Below, piece after piece: positions 15,392 to 29,031 of a stretch of DNA of 64,000 bases. The stretch is from NCBI RefSeq assembly GCF_009914755.1, contig NC_060926.1, one strand, 5' to 3'. This stretch comes from the human T2T-CHM13v2.0 reference genome, Homo sapiens. Under the pieces are notes generated by a model. It had not been told where the DNA came from. It saw only the letters and a program-made list of their open reading frames with translations, and made no database searches. A program made the translations under genes and the position numbers. The first letter of the stretch is position 1, and every line of letters begins with the position of its first letter.

Positions 15392-18300
15392 GCCCTATCA
15401 CTTTTAAAAATACATAAGGAAGAATGCAGTAAAAATTCTGTACAATCATTCTGAGAAATGGTAATTTACCCAGAACTCTGAGATAGAATCATCTTAGCAG
15501 AATGAAAAGAAGGTCTTTTCCTAGTGAACAACTAAAACCAATGTTTGGACTTAAGAGCATTCACTAATTATTTTTAAATAGGCACAAGTCTTTACAAGGG
15601 CTTTGATTATATTTTAGTGACTTTAGAAATTCCACCTGAGAAAATGAAAAATATATTTTTAGTTTAAAATGTCCCTTTATCACATATGTTTCTGCTTACG
15701 AAACTACAATGGAAGTAAACCTGAAAATATATCAACAAGGAGATTATTAATAATTTTTCCTATACAAGTTTAAGTTTAATAGATGATTTATTCTAATCTA
15801 CTTATAAAGATAATCCTCAAATATATGCCTGATAATTCAATAGACACCACTTAAGAGAAGAGAGTGGTTCTTATGATGGCAGAAATTAGCTGCTTTATAT
15901 AATCAGTTAATTTGTTCTCACTATTGACTTTTAAAGCCCTTTGAACAATTTTTAGTGCTGTCTTTCATCGTGTTAATCATGTTCACTTGAGATGAAAGAA
16001 GCAGTCTAAAATAATCTATTCAAGCAGAAAATTGCTGTAGCTATCTGCTGCACTGTGATGTTGTATTACCCAGTCAACACTGGCTACCATTTTACTCCAA
16101 AGAAATGTTTGCCAATGAAGGTCTCTATTTGGAGGAGAAAATTCTACCTGTAATTGAGCTTTCCCTTTTGCATCATTGCCTTTCATCCTGAACTTAATAC
16201 GAGCAAATCATAATAATTAGATTTGATAACTCCTTGGGTTTTTTTTAAATGAGAAGGTTGTGTGTTTTGGCATTGCTTAGAATATTGCTTTTTAAATGAA
16301 GTAAATAAGACTCAGTCTAAATCCTCATATGAAGAAGCTAACACACGGTAGACCCTTTGCTTCACTTGAAATAAATTCCCATTACTTTCCAAGAAGCATT
16401 AATCAACTTTATAAATCAGATTGGTATTTATATGTGGATTGAAGGAAATTTTTTTGGTTTTCTTTATTATACTGTTTATTAACATGCTTAGTACATTTTA
16501 AGTTGTTAATAGGTTGAAATCTAATGAAAGAATTTTATCCTTAATCCTCTGTTAATAAGAATCTTATTTCTCACGATTCTCTTAACAAATATTATTGACC
16601 ATAATGCATGGAGGGAGACATTGTGGGCAAACAAAATTAGATTTTCCCCAGTATCTTGGTTTCCAAATAATTCACAATCTATTAAAATATATTTTCAAAA
16701 TAATTTCTCAGGAACTTTCACTAGAGAAAAAGTTGTTTTGTCTTTTTACTTCTTACTATTCAACGAGTATCATAGTTTCTTTTTAACTTTGCAGGAGCAC
16801 CTAGCCTAAAGACAGTTTCTTCAGTCAGTTGTTTCCTTGACCATTATAAGTATGGCAATGCCCATGAAACAGAATTACTTTAAAAAATTCCATTTTGAAA
16901 TATTTTATAAGTAAAATGTGAAATTGCAATTAAATTTCCATGATAATTATTTACTAAACTTATTTAAGTGTGTGCATTAGCATTATTTTACCTTATTCCT
17001 TGAATCAATTGTAAGACATATTCAGAAATCATGACAAAATGATTAGTGATTACAAGTTCCAATTTAAGCACTGTGTGTTTGAAATAATTTATACTTAAGA
17101 ATTCAGCTATAATTCATGAAAACTAAATGCTTTGTATTGGCACTACAGTTATAATCAAATGCCATTTAATTAACTTTTGACCATTTTTTTCTGACTTGCA
17201 GTTGTCACTGAAGTAAATGTTAAAGTCTGATTAATTGCACTTTGAAAAATCTGTAGTAGAAAATGGAGACACCTAGTGTGTATCTGAAACATTGCAATAA
17301 CAATTACCATGGGCTTGTTGAGTTTCTACTGTTTTAAATACTTTGTATATATTAGGTAAAATAATCTCACATCAACTCTCTAAATAGCCAGAGAAGTTAA
17401 CTTTTATTTTCAGATGAGGAAATTGGATACACAGAGACACACAAAGATGGCAATGTCACGGCTAGTTACTGAACACCTCTCTGGAACCTAGCAATTAAGT
17501 TGTTTTACATATATGCTTTATATTTTAAAAAGCAGAAACATCTCTCAATTGCTTCAGTGGCAGAAAGTAAGAGACTGGTCAACTCTGTTTCAGAGATGCT
17601 TAGGCCTTGAAAGATACATTGGTATTCATCAGTAGCAAGTGGATTGCAGTCATTCCAAGCAGGTGTAGTGATAGGAAATATCTCACAAAATGAAAATAAT
17701 ATGATATTTTTAGGGAATTCTGAAGAGTCCGATATAAAAGAAGTATGCCATATTATTTGAAATTAAGAATAAAAATAAGGCTCAAATATCTTTGGAAAGC
17801 TGACACACACAGGATTATCAATTATTTAGCTCACATAAATCTTCAATCAGATATGTTCTGAGAGCAAACAGTATCTAAAATATTTCATCTTCAAAGGTGC
17901 TCAGAATCACTGGACAGTTTCTTTCAAAATTGTAGAAGAACCAATAATATTATGCTCCAACATATTACTTTCATAGAAATTACTCAAGATGGCAGACAAC
18001 AAAACAAAGAAAAATTATCAATATTCAAAGGAGTAGTATTAAACTTAATTGAACTCAGTATCATTATTATTAACATGTTAAAAAGTGTAAGATGTTTATT
18101 AATTTTTATTGCTTTTAAAATCAAGAAGTGGCTACCATAATTTTCTCACAAGCAATGCTAAGATACCTAGAAGTAATATGTATCATACTAATAGTATATT
18201 ACACTATTGCATGATGATGCAAAAACGTGCTTACTTAAGAAAAAGTTAAATCACTTCGGTGTGTTGCACTAATTACTTATAAAGTTTTCCAGAATGAACA

Positions 18301-18559
18301 TATTTAATTATCATTCTATTGATAATTGAAAAATACTATACTTACAAAATGTAACTGTTCTTTAATAGCTAATAATAACTAAAGATTATGGTTGTCCAAT
18401 ACTGAGGATCACAGTAAAAAATAAAATCATATTATTGAGATAGGTAACAAAATATTTTAGGAAACAGCTTCAATATTACTAAGCCAAGCATAGTGCTATA
18501 GGTACTAGAAGTTTTATTCATGGAAATTAATATGAAAACACTAAAAAGAAATATAGTAT

Positions 18560-20950
18560 TTGCTGTTCATATGGCCAACTTTAGGCATTATTTTCTTTTT
18601 ACCAGTCTAACCTTTTTTGTAAAACCTTAAACCTTGACAGATTATTGGAAGAAAGTTTTCTCAGAATTTGAAAAGTGAGCAGTGCAGGATTTTGATGCTT
18701 AAGGAGAAGAACACAGTGGAATAGCATACTTAAAGTACTGAAATAAAAATATATCAAATTACGATTTATTATTAGGTGAAATGAATTTGCTGGAAATAAA
18801 GACAAAGTAAAAGCCTTTAAAAATAAATAAAAACTTAGAGAATTTCACACTAGTATTTCTGGACTATAAAAATTGCTGAAGAATATTTTTCAAGCTAAAT
18901 TAAGATGACACCAAAAGGAAATCAAAACTAGAGAGAACAAAAATACCCTGGAAATGCTAAGTATGTAAATAAATATTAAAAAACTATTTTATTATTTTTC
19001 TGATTTCTTTAAAAGATAACTAAAAGTTTAAAACAAAAAATAGGCACAGTATATTTAAGAATGTGTAATGTAAGCAAAAGTATAAGCAGCAAAAGTACAA
19101 AAAAGGTCAAAATAAATAGACTTATTCTATAATATTACTCTAAGTTAAATTGTGCAATAATAATTTGAGGAAAATTGTGTGAAATTAATAATATAAATTG
19201 CAATCCCTAGAGAAATCACTAAAGAAAGATACATATGTAAAAAGCCAATAAATGAGATAAAACTAGATATTTTAAAACTACTAAATTAACCAAAATGTGA
19301 AAGAGGAAAGGGGAAAAAAAGGAACAAAAATTACATGAGGTACATAGAAAGCAACTCTCAAATGGTAGACTTGAATTTGACTGCAATTAGATTACATATA
19401 AATGGAATTAACACCCTTATGAAACAATTAGATACTGTCAAATTAGATAAAAAAGCAGGCACAGCTACTTATTGTTTATAGAAGATGCACTATAAATATA
19501 AAACAGGTAAATATTTTATAGTAGAATTCAGAGATAACCACATTTTATCAAAATTTCAAATCCTGATAATAAAGATACCATTAAGAAAATGAAAAGGGAA
19601 GTATAAATTATGTAGTAAGCATTCACAGTTCATATATTTAATACAAACTTGTATCTGTCATATACAAAGAACTTCTACAACTCAATAATAAGTTTAAAAT
19701 AGACATCCAATTAAAAATGGGCAAGGTCTTTGAAGAGATACTTTGCAAAGGAAGAAATGATCAGTGAAGACATGAAAACTTACTATCATTAGTCATGAGA
19801 GAAATGCAAATTAATACGGCAGTAAGATATTACAGGAGGAGTCCAGCCCTTGATTAAAAACCTATCTGATTTTTCAGGTCTAAACATAGGCAATTACAAA
19901 GGCTTTATATGGCAAGCCTCATACCAGAAAATGCCTTTCTGACACCAGACTTAGTGCACGGCCACTGCATTGCAATCTCTGAAGGGAGTCACAGTCAAGG
20001 ACTCAGGAGGCCCTGGTCAGTCATGTTCTTCACATATTCGCATTCTTAGGCCAAGCACCTTCTTTCCTAGGGTCTCTTTATTGGAGATCTTGGGCAGAGG
20101 AATGTCTGCAGATACACTCTTTTGGTGGTGGCAGGAGGTTGAGGGAGAGAGGAAACCTTGAAGATATTTTCCCCCTGACCCAGTACCCAGTATACTTTTC
20201 CACTCTTAGCCTTTCCTCCTCATTCTTCCATCAACACCTTCCCATTCTTAAAACTTCTGGAGAAGGGCAAAAAAGCAAAAGACCAACGACAGCAAAACCT
20301 GATGAGGATCTGTAGCAACAAGAACACTTACAGGTTTTTGATGAATTGCGAAATGGTATCGCCAGTTTAGAAAATTGTTTAAAAAATTTTTTGGCAATGT
20401 TAAAGTTTTATTTTTAACAATTCTAATTTTTTATTATAATAACAGACAAATTGCAGCTGGCAGCAATTGCTTTTGAAAGGGATTCAAGAACACATTATTT
20501 CAAATATGAATATACATAGTTGAGCAATGATTAAATGGCTACACCAGTCCATCCATTATAAAGATATTTACTGTAACCATCAAGCAAATAGAAATATACA
20601 TATGCTAAATTTCTTAGGCTTACCTCTACTATTTATTAGGTTTTCCAGTGATTGATTCAGATCTTTATTAAAGTTAAAATTCATTAAAATTCAAACTCTC
20701 AAAATACTGCACAGGCTTTTTTATGCAGAAATTGACAGTTGAATCTAAAACTTATCTCAAAAGGTCAAGAATATAGAGTAGCCAGAAAAATTTTTAAAAA
20801 GAAGAAGAAAACTTAAGAATTCACACTAGTTTATTTCAAGATTACTCTAAAGCTACACTAATCAAGACAGGCTGATATTGCTGAAGGCATAGTTATGCAA
20901 ATCAATGAAACAATATATAGAATCCAAAAATACTCCTACATTGATACATT
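18560..20950 (+). mobile_element. Old L1ME/L1M5 fragments
   Basis: A-rich sense L1 motifs (TACATATAAATGGAATTAACACCC, AAAGAACTTCTACAACTCAATAATAAG, GAAATGCAAATTAA, AAAGCTACACTAATCAAGACAG), interrupted at about 19833-20258. Confidence 0.55.
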
Positions 20951-22050
20951 TTTTAAATTAATTAATTTTATTTTAGAATTATTTAGATGTATAGAAAAAT
21001 TAAGCAGATGGTGTACAGTTCAGATATGCCTTTTATCCCCCACTAGTTTCCCTATTATCTTGCATATGTATGCAATATCTTGCACATGTATGTTATATTT
21101 GCTACCACCAGTGAATCAACAATGATACCTTAGTATTAAATAAAGTCCATGGTTTACATAAAGGCTACCCTTTGTATTGTACAGTTCCGTGGATTTTGAC
21201 AAATACATAGTGTCTTGTGTCCACCATACAGTGCCATGCAGAACAGTTTCCTTGTTCTAAAAATCCCATATGCTTCACCTATTGCAGCCCTACTCTCCTT
21301 CAACCAACTCCTGGTATCCACTGATTATTGTACTATCTCCATAGCATTGCCTTTACCAGAATAGCATATATTTGGAAACACAGTATGTAGCCCCTTCAGA
21401 AAGAAGTGTGTAACTTCTTTCACACAGCAATATGCCTTTATGTTTCCTACATGTCTTTCAAGGCTTGATGGCTTATTTCTTTTTATTACCATATAATATT
21501 CCACCGTATGATAAACAAGTTTGTTCTTCCATTGACTCTTAAAAGCACCTCTTGGTTGCTTCCAGCTTTTGGCACTTATGAATAAAGCTGCTATAAATAT
21601 TTATGTGCAGGTTTATGTAGATATACATTTTCAATTCAATCTGGCATATACCTATTTACATGATTGATGAATGTAATGGTAAGATTTATTTTCAGCTTTG
21701 TAAGAAATTACCAACTGTATTCAAAAGTAGCCATATCATTTTACATCATTACACCAGCAGTGGTTGAGAGTTCCTATTGTTCCACATCTCCACCAGCATT
21801 TGGTGTTGTCAGGGTTTTAGATATTATCTATTGTAATATGTGTGTAGTGATATCTCACTTGTTTTAATTTGCAATTCCCTAGTGACATATGATCTTTAGC
21901 ATATTTCCATGTGCATATTTGGCATCTGTATATCTTTTTGTGGTGAGGTGTTTTTTTAATATCCTTATCTATTGTTTTCACTGGGTTGCTTTCTTATTGT
22001 GGAATTTTAAGCACTCTTCCTATATTTTGGATACAACTCCCTTATCATAT
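20951..22050 (-). mobile_element. L1MC/L1MD-like 3' end
   Basis: Antisense 3'UTR motifs (GTACAGTTCCGTGGATTTTGACAAAT, TTGGTTGCTTCCAGCTTTTGGCA, GTTCCACATCTCCACCAGCATTTGGTG). Confidence 0.75.
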
Positions 22051-22503
22051 TGCCTTAATACTAAAATGAGATAAAAGCATTGCAAGAATGAAAAACTAGG
22101 ATAACATTTACACATTCTTCTCAAATGCACATGGAATGTTAACCACAATTGACTATATATTAGGCCTTAAGACAAGTCTCAATGAAGTTAAAAAGTGAAA
22201 TAATACGAAGTATACTCTTCAACCACAATTGTATGAAATTAGAAATCATTAATAGTTGGAAATTTTGGGACTTAATAAATATGTGAAAAGTAAAACATAC
22301 TATAAATCCCACTAAAAAATACACGCTGCTTTGACCATGTGTCAAAGAAGAATTCAAAAGGGAAATTAGCAAATACTTGGAAATAAATGAAACTGAAAAA
22401 TAACTATTCATCAACTATTCACCAAAACATGTGGAATTCACCAAAACAGCGCTGATAGAAAATTTTGGGCCTTAAATGGCTATCTTTACAATGAAGGGAG
22501 ATC

Positions 22504-22794
22504 CGCTAGGCACGGTGGCTCACACCTGTAATACTAGCACTTTGGGCAGCTGAAGCAGGCTGATAACTCGAGGTCAGGAGTTAGAAACCAGTCTGGCCAA
22601 CATGGTGAAACACTGTCTCTACTAAAAATACAAAAGAATTAGCTGGGCATGGTGGCAGGTGCCTGTAATCCCAGCTACTTGGGAGGCCGAGGCAGGAGAA
22701 TTGCTTGAACCCAGGAGGCAGGGTTGCAGTGAGCCAAGATTGTGCCACTGCACTCCAGCCTGGGTGACAGAGTGAGACTCTGTCTCAAAAAATA
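22504..22794 (+). mobile_element. AluS (Sx-like)
   Basis: Full dimer with TACTAAAAATACAAAA linker. TSD AAGGGAGAT at 22494-22502 and 22795-22803. Confidence 0.93.
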
Positions 22795-24450
22795 AAGGGA
22801 GATATCAAATTAATAATCTAACCGTCCACCTAATGATATTAAAAAGAAGCAAAATAAAGATAAAGCAATCCGAACAAAGGAAATCATAAAGATTTAATCA
22901 TAAATTAATAAATGAATAACAGAAAAACAATAGAGAAAAATCAACAAGGCCAAAACGTAGTTCTTTGTAAAGATCAACAAACTTGACAAAACTTTAGCTC
23001 GGCAAACAAAGAAAGAAGAAAACTCTTATTACTAAAGCCAGAAACAGAATATATTACTCGTGACTTTAGATATAAAACAAAAAGACTGTAAGGAATATGG
23101 AAACAATTTTAGGTCAACAAAACAGATTCCTAGATGAAACAGATACACATCTTGAAAGACACAAATAACTGAAACTAACTCAAGAAAATTAGATATATAA
23201 ATAGATTTTTGACAAATAAGAAGATTGAATTAGTAATCAAAAACCTTCTCAGAAAGAAAAGCCTAGGTGCAGATAGCCTCATTATTGAATTATCTCAGAC
23301 ATTATAAAAAGCATTAACACCAATCGCTAAGACTCTTCAGTAAAATAGCAGAAGAAGGAACACCACAAAAATCTGACTATGAGGCCAGTGTTACCCTAAT
23401 AACAAAAGCATACAAAGACATTAGCAACAACAAAAACTAAAACCAATATTTTTGTAAATATATACATAACAAACAAACATAAAACACAAAAAATCAATGA
23501 AATATTACCAAATCAAATTCAGCAATGTATACAATGTGTAAAAGAATCAGATAACGTGACTAAGTGAGATGTGGAGTATGGAATTCAAGGAGGCACAACC
23601 TGAGAAGATCAATTAATGTAATATTATAACAATGTAATATACAATAATAAAATAAAGGGAAAACAATAATCTCAATTGATGCAGAAAAAAAGCATTTCAG
23701 AAAATTCAAGAATATTTTATGATAAAAACACTAAAGCTAAAGAAACTAGAAATAGAAGGGAACTTCTTAAACCTGGCAAAGAACATTTCTGAAACATTTA
23801 CAGCTAACATCATATTTAATGGTGAAAGCCTGAAAGATTTCTCACTAAAATCGAAACAAGACATCTATATTCACTCTTGCTCCTCCTATTCAACGTTGCA
23901 GTGAAAGCTCTAGCCAGGGAAATTAGGTAACGACAACAAAAAAGGCATTTGATTAGACAGAAAAAAGTAAGTCTATATTTACAGATGATATCTTGTATAT
24001 ATTAATTTCTAAGGAACCCATCAGGAAAAAAAATTGAGATAATAAATACATTAAATAAGATTAAGAGATATAAGGTGAATATACCAAAATCAACTGTATT
24101 TCTCACACTAGCAATAAACAATCCAAAAATGAAATTCAGAAAATAGATCCATTTATAACAGCATCAAAAGCAGGAAAATTCTTGTGTATAAACTGAGCAA
24201 TAGAAATGCAAGATTTGTACACTGAAGGCTATACAACATTATTGAAAGAAATTAATTACTTAAATAAATGGAAAGAAATATTGTCGTTGTAAACTGAAAG
24301 ACTTATTAGTGTTAAGATGGCAATATACCCCATATTTTTCCACAGATTCACAAACCATATCAAAACCCCAGCTTCCTTTTCTGCTGAAATTGACAAGCTG
24401 TTCTTAAAATTCATGCAGAATTGCTGGGGCCACTGTAAAGGCAAAACAAT

Positions 24451-24751
24451 TTTTTTTCTTTCTTTGCTTTTTTTTTTTTTTTTTGTGGTGGTGTCTCACA
24501 AAAAGAGACAGTGGCACGATCTTGGCTCACTGCAACTTCTACCTCCCGGGTTCAAGCGATTCTCCTGCTTTAGCCTGTCGAGTAGCTGGGATTACAGGCA
24601 ACAGCCACCATGCCCAACTAATTTTTTATTTTTAGTAGAGATGTAGTTTCACCTTGTTGGCCAGGCTGGTCTCGAACTCCTGACTTCAAGTGATCCACTT
24701 GCCTCAGCCTCCCAAAGTGCTGGGATTACAGGCACGAGCCACCATGCCTCG
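24451..24751 (-). mobile_element. AluS (Sx-like)
   Basis: Poly-T then antisense dimer. AAAACAAT duplicated at 24443-24450 and 24753-24760. Confidence 0.92.
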
Positions 24752-26269
24752 TAAAACAATCTTGAAAAAGAACAAAGTTGAAGGCGTCATACATCCTGAT
24801 TTTAAACCTTAATACAAATCTACCATAAACAAAAGTTTGTGTTGTTGTCATATGGATAGGCATATAAATCAACAGAATGCAGTTGATATTTCATAAATAC
24901 ACCCTTATATTTATCATCACTTGACTTTAACTATGATGGGAAAACTATTCAAGGGGAAGTACAGACTTCTCAGTAAAAGGTACTGTGCCAACTAGATAGT
25001 CACATGCAAAATAATCAATCTAGACCCATACTTCACAACATTTGTTAAGAGAAAAAAATCTCAAAACAAATTAAAGACATAAAGGTAAGATATAAATCTA
25101 TAAAATTTGTATAAGAAAAAATAGGTCTAAGTATTTGTGACCTTAATTAGGCAACGATTTCGTGGATATAAAACCAAAAGCAGAGCAACAAAAAAATACA
25201 TAAATTGGACTTAATAAAATTTGTCCTTTAAAGTATACTATCAAGAAAGCAAAATGTTAACCCATAGAATGAAAAAAATTCCAATCACATATCTGATAAA
25301 GGACTTTTATTAAGAATGTATAAATACTTCTACTCCTCAATAATAAAATGATAAATATTTCAATCAGAATACACAAAGGGTTTGAATGAACATTACTCTA
25401 AAGAAGAGATATTAATAGAAATAGCCAATAAGCATATGAAAAGATGTTCAGTATCATTAGTCATAAGGACATTGAAAGTTAAAGTCACAAGGTACCACTA
25501 TATACCTGGATGGTTCTAATTTTAAAAAGTCAGAAGATAATAAATATTTGCAGAAGATATGGAAAAATCAGGGCTCTCAAACATCCTTATAGAAACGTCA
25601 AATGGTACAGCCACTTTAGAACACAGTTTGTTCCTCAAGAATTTATACTTAGAGTTGCCATACAAAGTGACAATCCTACTCCTATGTATACACCAAAGAT
25701 AACTGAAAATATACATCAGTATAAAAATATGCATGATATTCATAACATCATTATTGATAATAACCAAAAAGTGGAAACTATTAAAATGTCTCTCAATTGA
25801 TGAATGTATTGTATAAAGACACGTAGTATATCTAGACAATGGGAAATTATCTAGCCATAAAAAGGAATCAGGTACTAATACATGCTACAAAGTAGGTGAA
25901 CCTTGAAAAAAAAATGCTAAGTAAAACAAGTCACACAAAAAAGACCACATATTATATGTTTCTTCTTATATGAAATGTCCAGAGTAGACAAATCCATAAA
26001 GATACAAGTATACTAGTTTTTGACTGGGGCTTAAGGGAGGAGGGGACAATGAGTGATCATTAATTAGTTTGGGGTTTTATTTGAGTGATAAAAAATATTC
26101 TGAAATCAGATATTGGTGATGGTTACACAATTTTGTGAATATACTAAAAACCACTGAATTTGTACACTTTAAAAGAATGAATGTTATTGAATGTTATTGA
26201 ATGTTATAGTACGTGAATTGTCTCCCAATTAACACATATATGCATACACACTCACACAGTTCCATCGAA

Positions 26270-26895
26270 ATATGGCTACACACCTATTAAAATGACTAAC
26301 ATTTTTAAAATATAAAAATGGACAATAAATATGACAGCAAAGAAGAAGAACAATGGAAATATTCATTTGTTGCTAGTTGGAAAATAACAAGATACGGCCA
26401 TTCTTTAAATGCAGATTGGTGTTTCTTTTAAATCTAAATACAATCCCACTCCTAGGTATTTTCTCAAAAGAAATAAAAACTATGTTCATACAGAAAACTG
26501 TAAACAAATATTTATATAATCTTTATTCATAATCACCCCAGTTTGAAAGCAATCAAAATGCTGTTCAATTGGTGAATTGATAATCAAACAGTAATACAGC
26601 TATTTAATATTACTCAGCAATAAAAAAATGTGTTACTGACACCCACCACAATGCAGATAAATCTAAATGCAGTATGCTAAGGGAAAGAAATCAGACTCAA
26701 AAAACTGCTCTGTGATATTATTGAAATGATATTCTGGAATAGATCAGTGGGGATATGGTTTGACTAAAAGGACAAAAGATTTAAGGGGACATTGGAATTA
26801 GTCTATATCTTGACCTTGGTGATATTTAGACAAAAGTGTTTTTAACAACTCATAGAACTGACAAGGAGTTTGCATTTTACTGTATATAAAATATT
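26270..26895 (+). mobile_element. Old L1ME/MC 3' end
   Basis: CAATCCCACTCCTAGGTATTTTCTCAAAAGAAATAAAAAC ... AACTCATAGAACTG ... GCATTTTACTGTATATAAA. Confidence 0.7.
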
Positions 26896-26916
26896 GGTTA
26901 AGGTTTCAGTCGCTTC

Positions 26917-26927
26917 CAAGATGGCCG
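26917..26927 (+). promoter_or_regulatory. YY1 site of the L1 5'UTR internal promoter
   Basis: Exact CAAGATGGCCG at the L1 5' end. Confidence 0.75.
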
Positions 26928-27924
26928 AATAGGAACAGCTCCGGTCTGCAGCTCCCAGCGAGATTGATGCAGAAGACAGGTGATTTCTGCATTTCCAACT
27001 AAGGTACCTAGCTCATCTCATTGGGACTGGTTGGACAGTGGATGCAGCCCACGGAGGGTAAGCCGAAGCAGGACGTGGTGTCGCCTCACCTGGGAAGCAC
27101 AAGGAGTTGGGGGATTTCCCTTTCCTAGCCAAGGGAAGCCGTGACAAACTGTACCTGGAGAAACGATACACTCTCACCCAAATACTGTGCTTTTCGACTG
27201 TCTTAGCAACTAGCAGACCAGGATATTCCCTCCCGTGCCTGGCTTGGTGGGTCCCACACCCACAAAGCCTTGCTCACTGCTAGTGCAGCAGTCTGAGATT
27301 GACCTGCAATGCTGCAGCCTGGCTGGGGGAGGGGCGTCTGCCAATGCTGAAGCTTGAATAAGTAAACAAAGAGGCTGGGAAGCTCAAACTGGGTGGAGCC
27401 CACAGCAACTCAGCAAGGCCTACTGCCTCTATAGACTCCACCTCTGTGAGCAGGGCATAGCTGAACACAAGGCAGAAGACAACTTCTGCAGACTTAAACA
27501 TCCCTGTCTGACAGCTCTGAAGACAGCAGTGTTTCTCTCAGCACAGTTTTTGAGCTCTGAGAATGGACAGACTGACTCCTCAACTGGGTCCCTGACACAC
27601 GTGTAGCCTGACTGGGAGACACCTCCCAGTAGAGGTCAACAGACACCTCATACAGATGGGTTCCCCACTGGGACAAAACTTGCAGAAGAAGGACCAGGTA
27701 GCAATATTTACTGTTCTGCAATATTGGCTGTTTTGTAGCCTTCTCTGGTGATAGCCAGGCAAATAGGTTCTGGAGTGGACCTCCAGCACACTCCAACAGA
27801 CTTGCAGCTGAGGGGCCTGACTGTTAGAAGGAAAACTAACAAACAAAAAGGAATAGCATCAACATCAACAAAAAGGACATCCACACCAAAACCCCATCTG
27901 TAGGTCACCAGCATCAAAGACCGA

Positions 27925-29005
27925 TGTGGGCAGGAAGCCACCTAGGTGCCAAGGCAAGAGACTAAATTCACAAGCTGTTCCAGTATAATAAAGAGACTGA
28001 AGGCACAAGCTGTTCCAGTATAATAAAGTGACTGAAGGCACAAGCTCTTCCAGTATAATAAAGAAAATACTTAAAATAAGAATAGTTATATTAGACATAG
28101 AATATAGAGATGATTATATATGAATATTATCAATCATTAATTTGTAGCATTACTCTTTATTCCAATGTTATAATAATCTCTGTTCTACAATTATAACCTA
28201 GGAAAATCCAGGCCATACACAGATAGGAGCTGAAGGGACATGGTGAGAAGTGACCAGAAAAGAGCGTAAGCCCTCTGTCATGCCTGGACAGGGCCACTAG
28301 AGGTCTCCTTGGACTAGCAGTAACGCCAGTGCCTGGGAAGGCACCCCTTACTTGGCAGACCTCGGTCTAGCAGTAGCACCAGTGTCTGGGAAGGTACCGG
28401 TTACTTAGCAGACCAGGAAAGGGAATCTCCCTTTCCCCAGGGGGAGTTAGAGAAGACTCTGCTCCATCACCTCTTGTGGAAGGCCTGATATCAGTCAAGC
28501 CCACCTGCAGCCATCCAGAGAACTAAACGTCTCCCTGTGATGCTGTGCTTCAGCGGTCACACTCCTTGTTCACTTTCATGTTCCGCCCTGTACACCTGGC
28601 TCTACCTTCTAGATAGTAGTAGCAGAATTAGCAAAAGCATTAAAGTCTTTGATCTCTCCAAGAAATGAATAGAAGAAATAATGACATAAGCTGTCCCCTC
28701 TCTCTCTCCGCCTCAGCTACCAAACAGGGAAGGGACTCTGTCCGGTGGACACGTGACTCGTGTGACCTTACCTATCATTGGAGATGACTCACAATCCTTA
28801 CCCTGCCCCCTTGTCTTGTATCCAATAAATAACAACACAGCCAGGCATTCAGGGCTACTACTGGTCTCCGCATCTTGGTGGTAGTGGTCCCCCAGGCCCA
28901 GCTATCTTTTCTTCTATTTCTTTGTCTTGTGTCTTTATTTCTATGATCTCTCGTTGCCGCACATGAGGAGAAAAACCCACAGGCCCTGTAGGGCTGGTCC
29001 CTACA
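27925..29005 (+). mobile_element. LTR13/LTR13A solo LTR (HERV-K HML-4 family)
   Basis: Starts TGTGGGCAGGAAGCCACCTAGGTGCCAAGGCAAGAG, has AATAAA near 28824, and ends GGGCTGGTCCCTACA. The 6-bp TSD GACCGA (27919-27924) / GATCAA (29006-29011) derives from L1 GACCAA. Confidence 0.87.
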
Positions 29006-29031
29006 GATCAAAGGTAGATAAAAACACAAAG

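Larger units (their letters stand above)
22060..26230 (+). mobile_element. L1MB-like element, ORF2 to 3'UTR (~4 kb, two Alu insertions)
   Basis: Continuous degenerate ORF2 (ORF 23719-23904 IKTL..LEIEGNFLNL) ending in 3'UTR GTGAATATACTAAAAACCACTGAATTTGTACACTTTAAAAG. Confidence 0.8.

Noticed and set aside
27958-28062. CRISPR-like ~35-bp periodicity
   Set aside because: Head-to-tail units with no unique spacers, inside an LTR in primate DNA.
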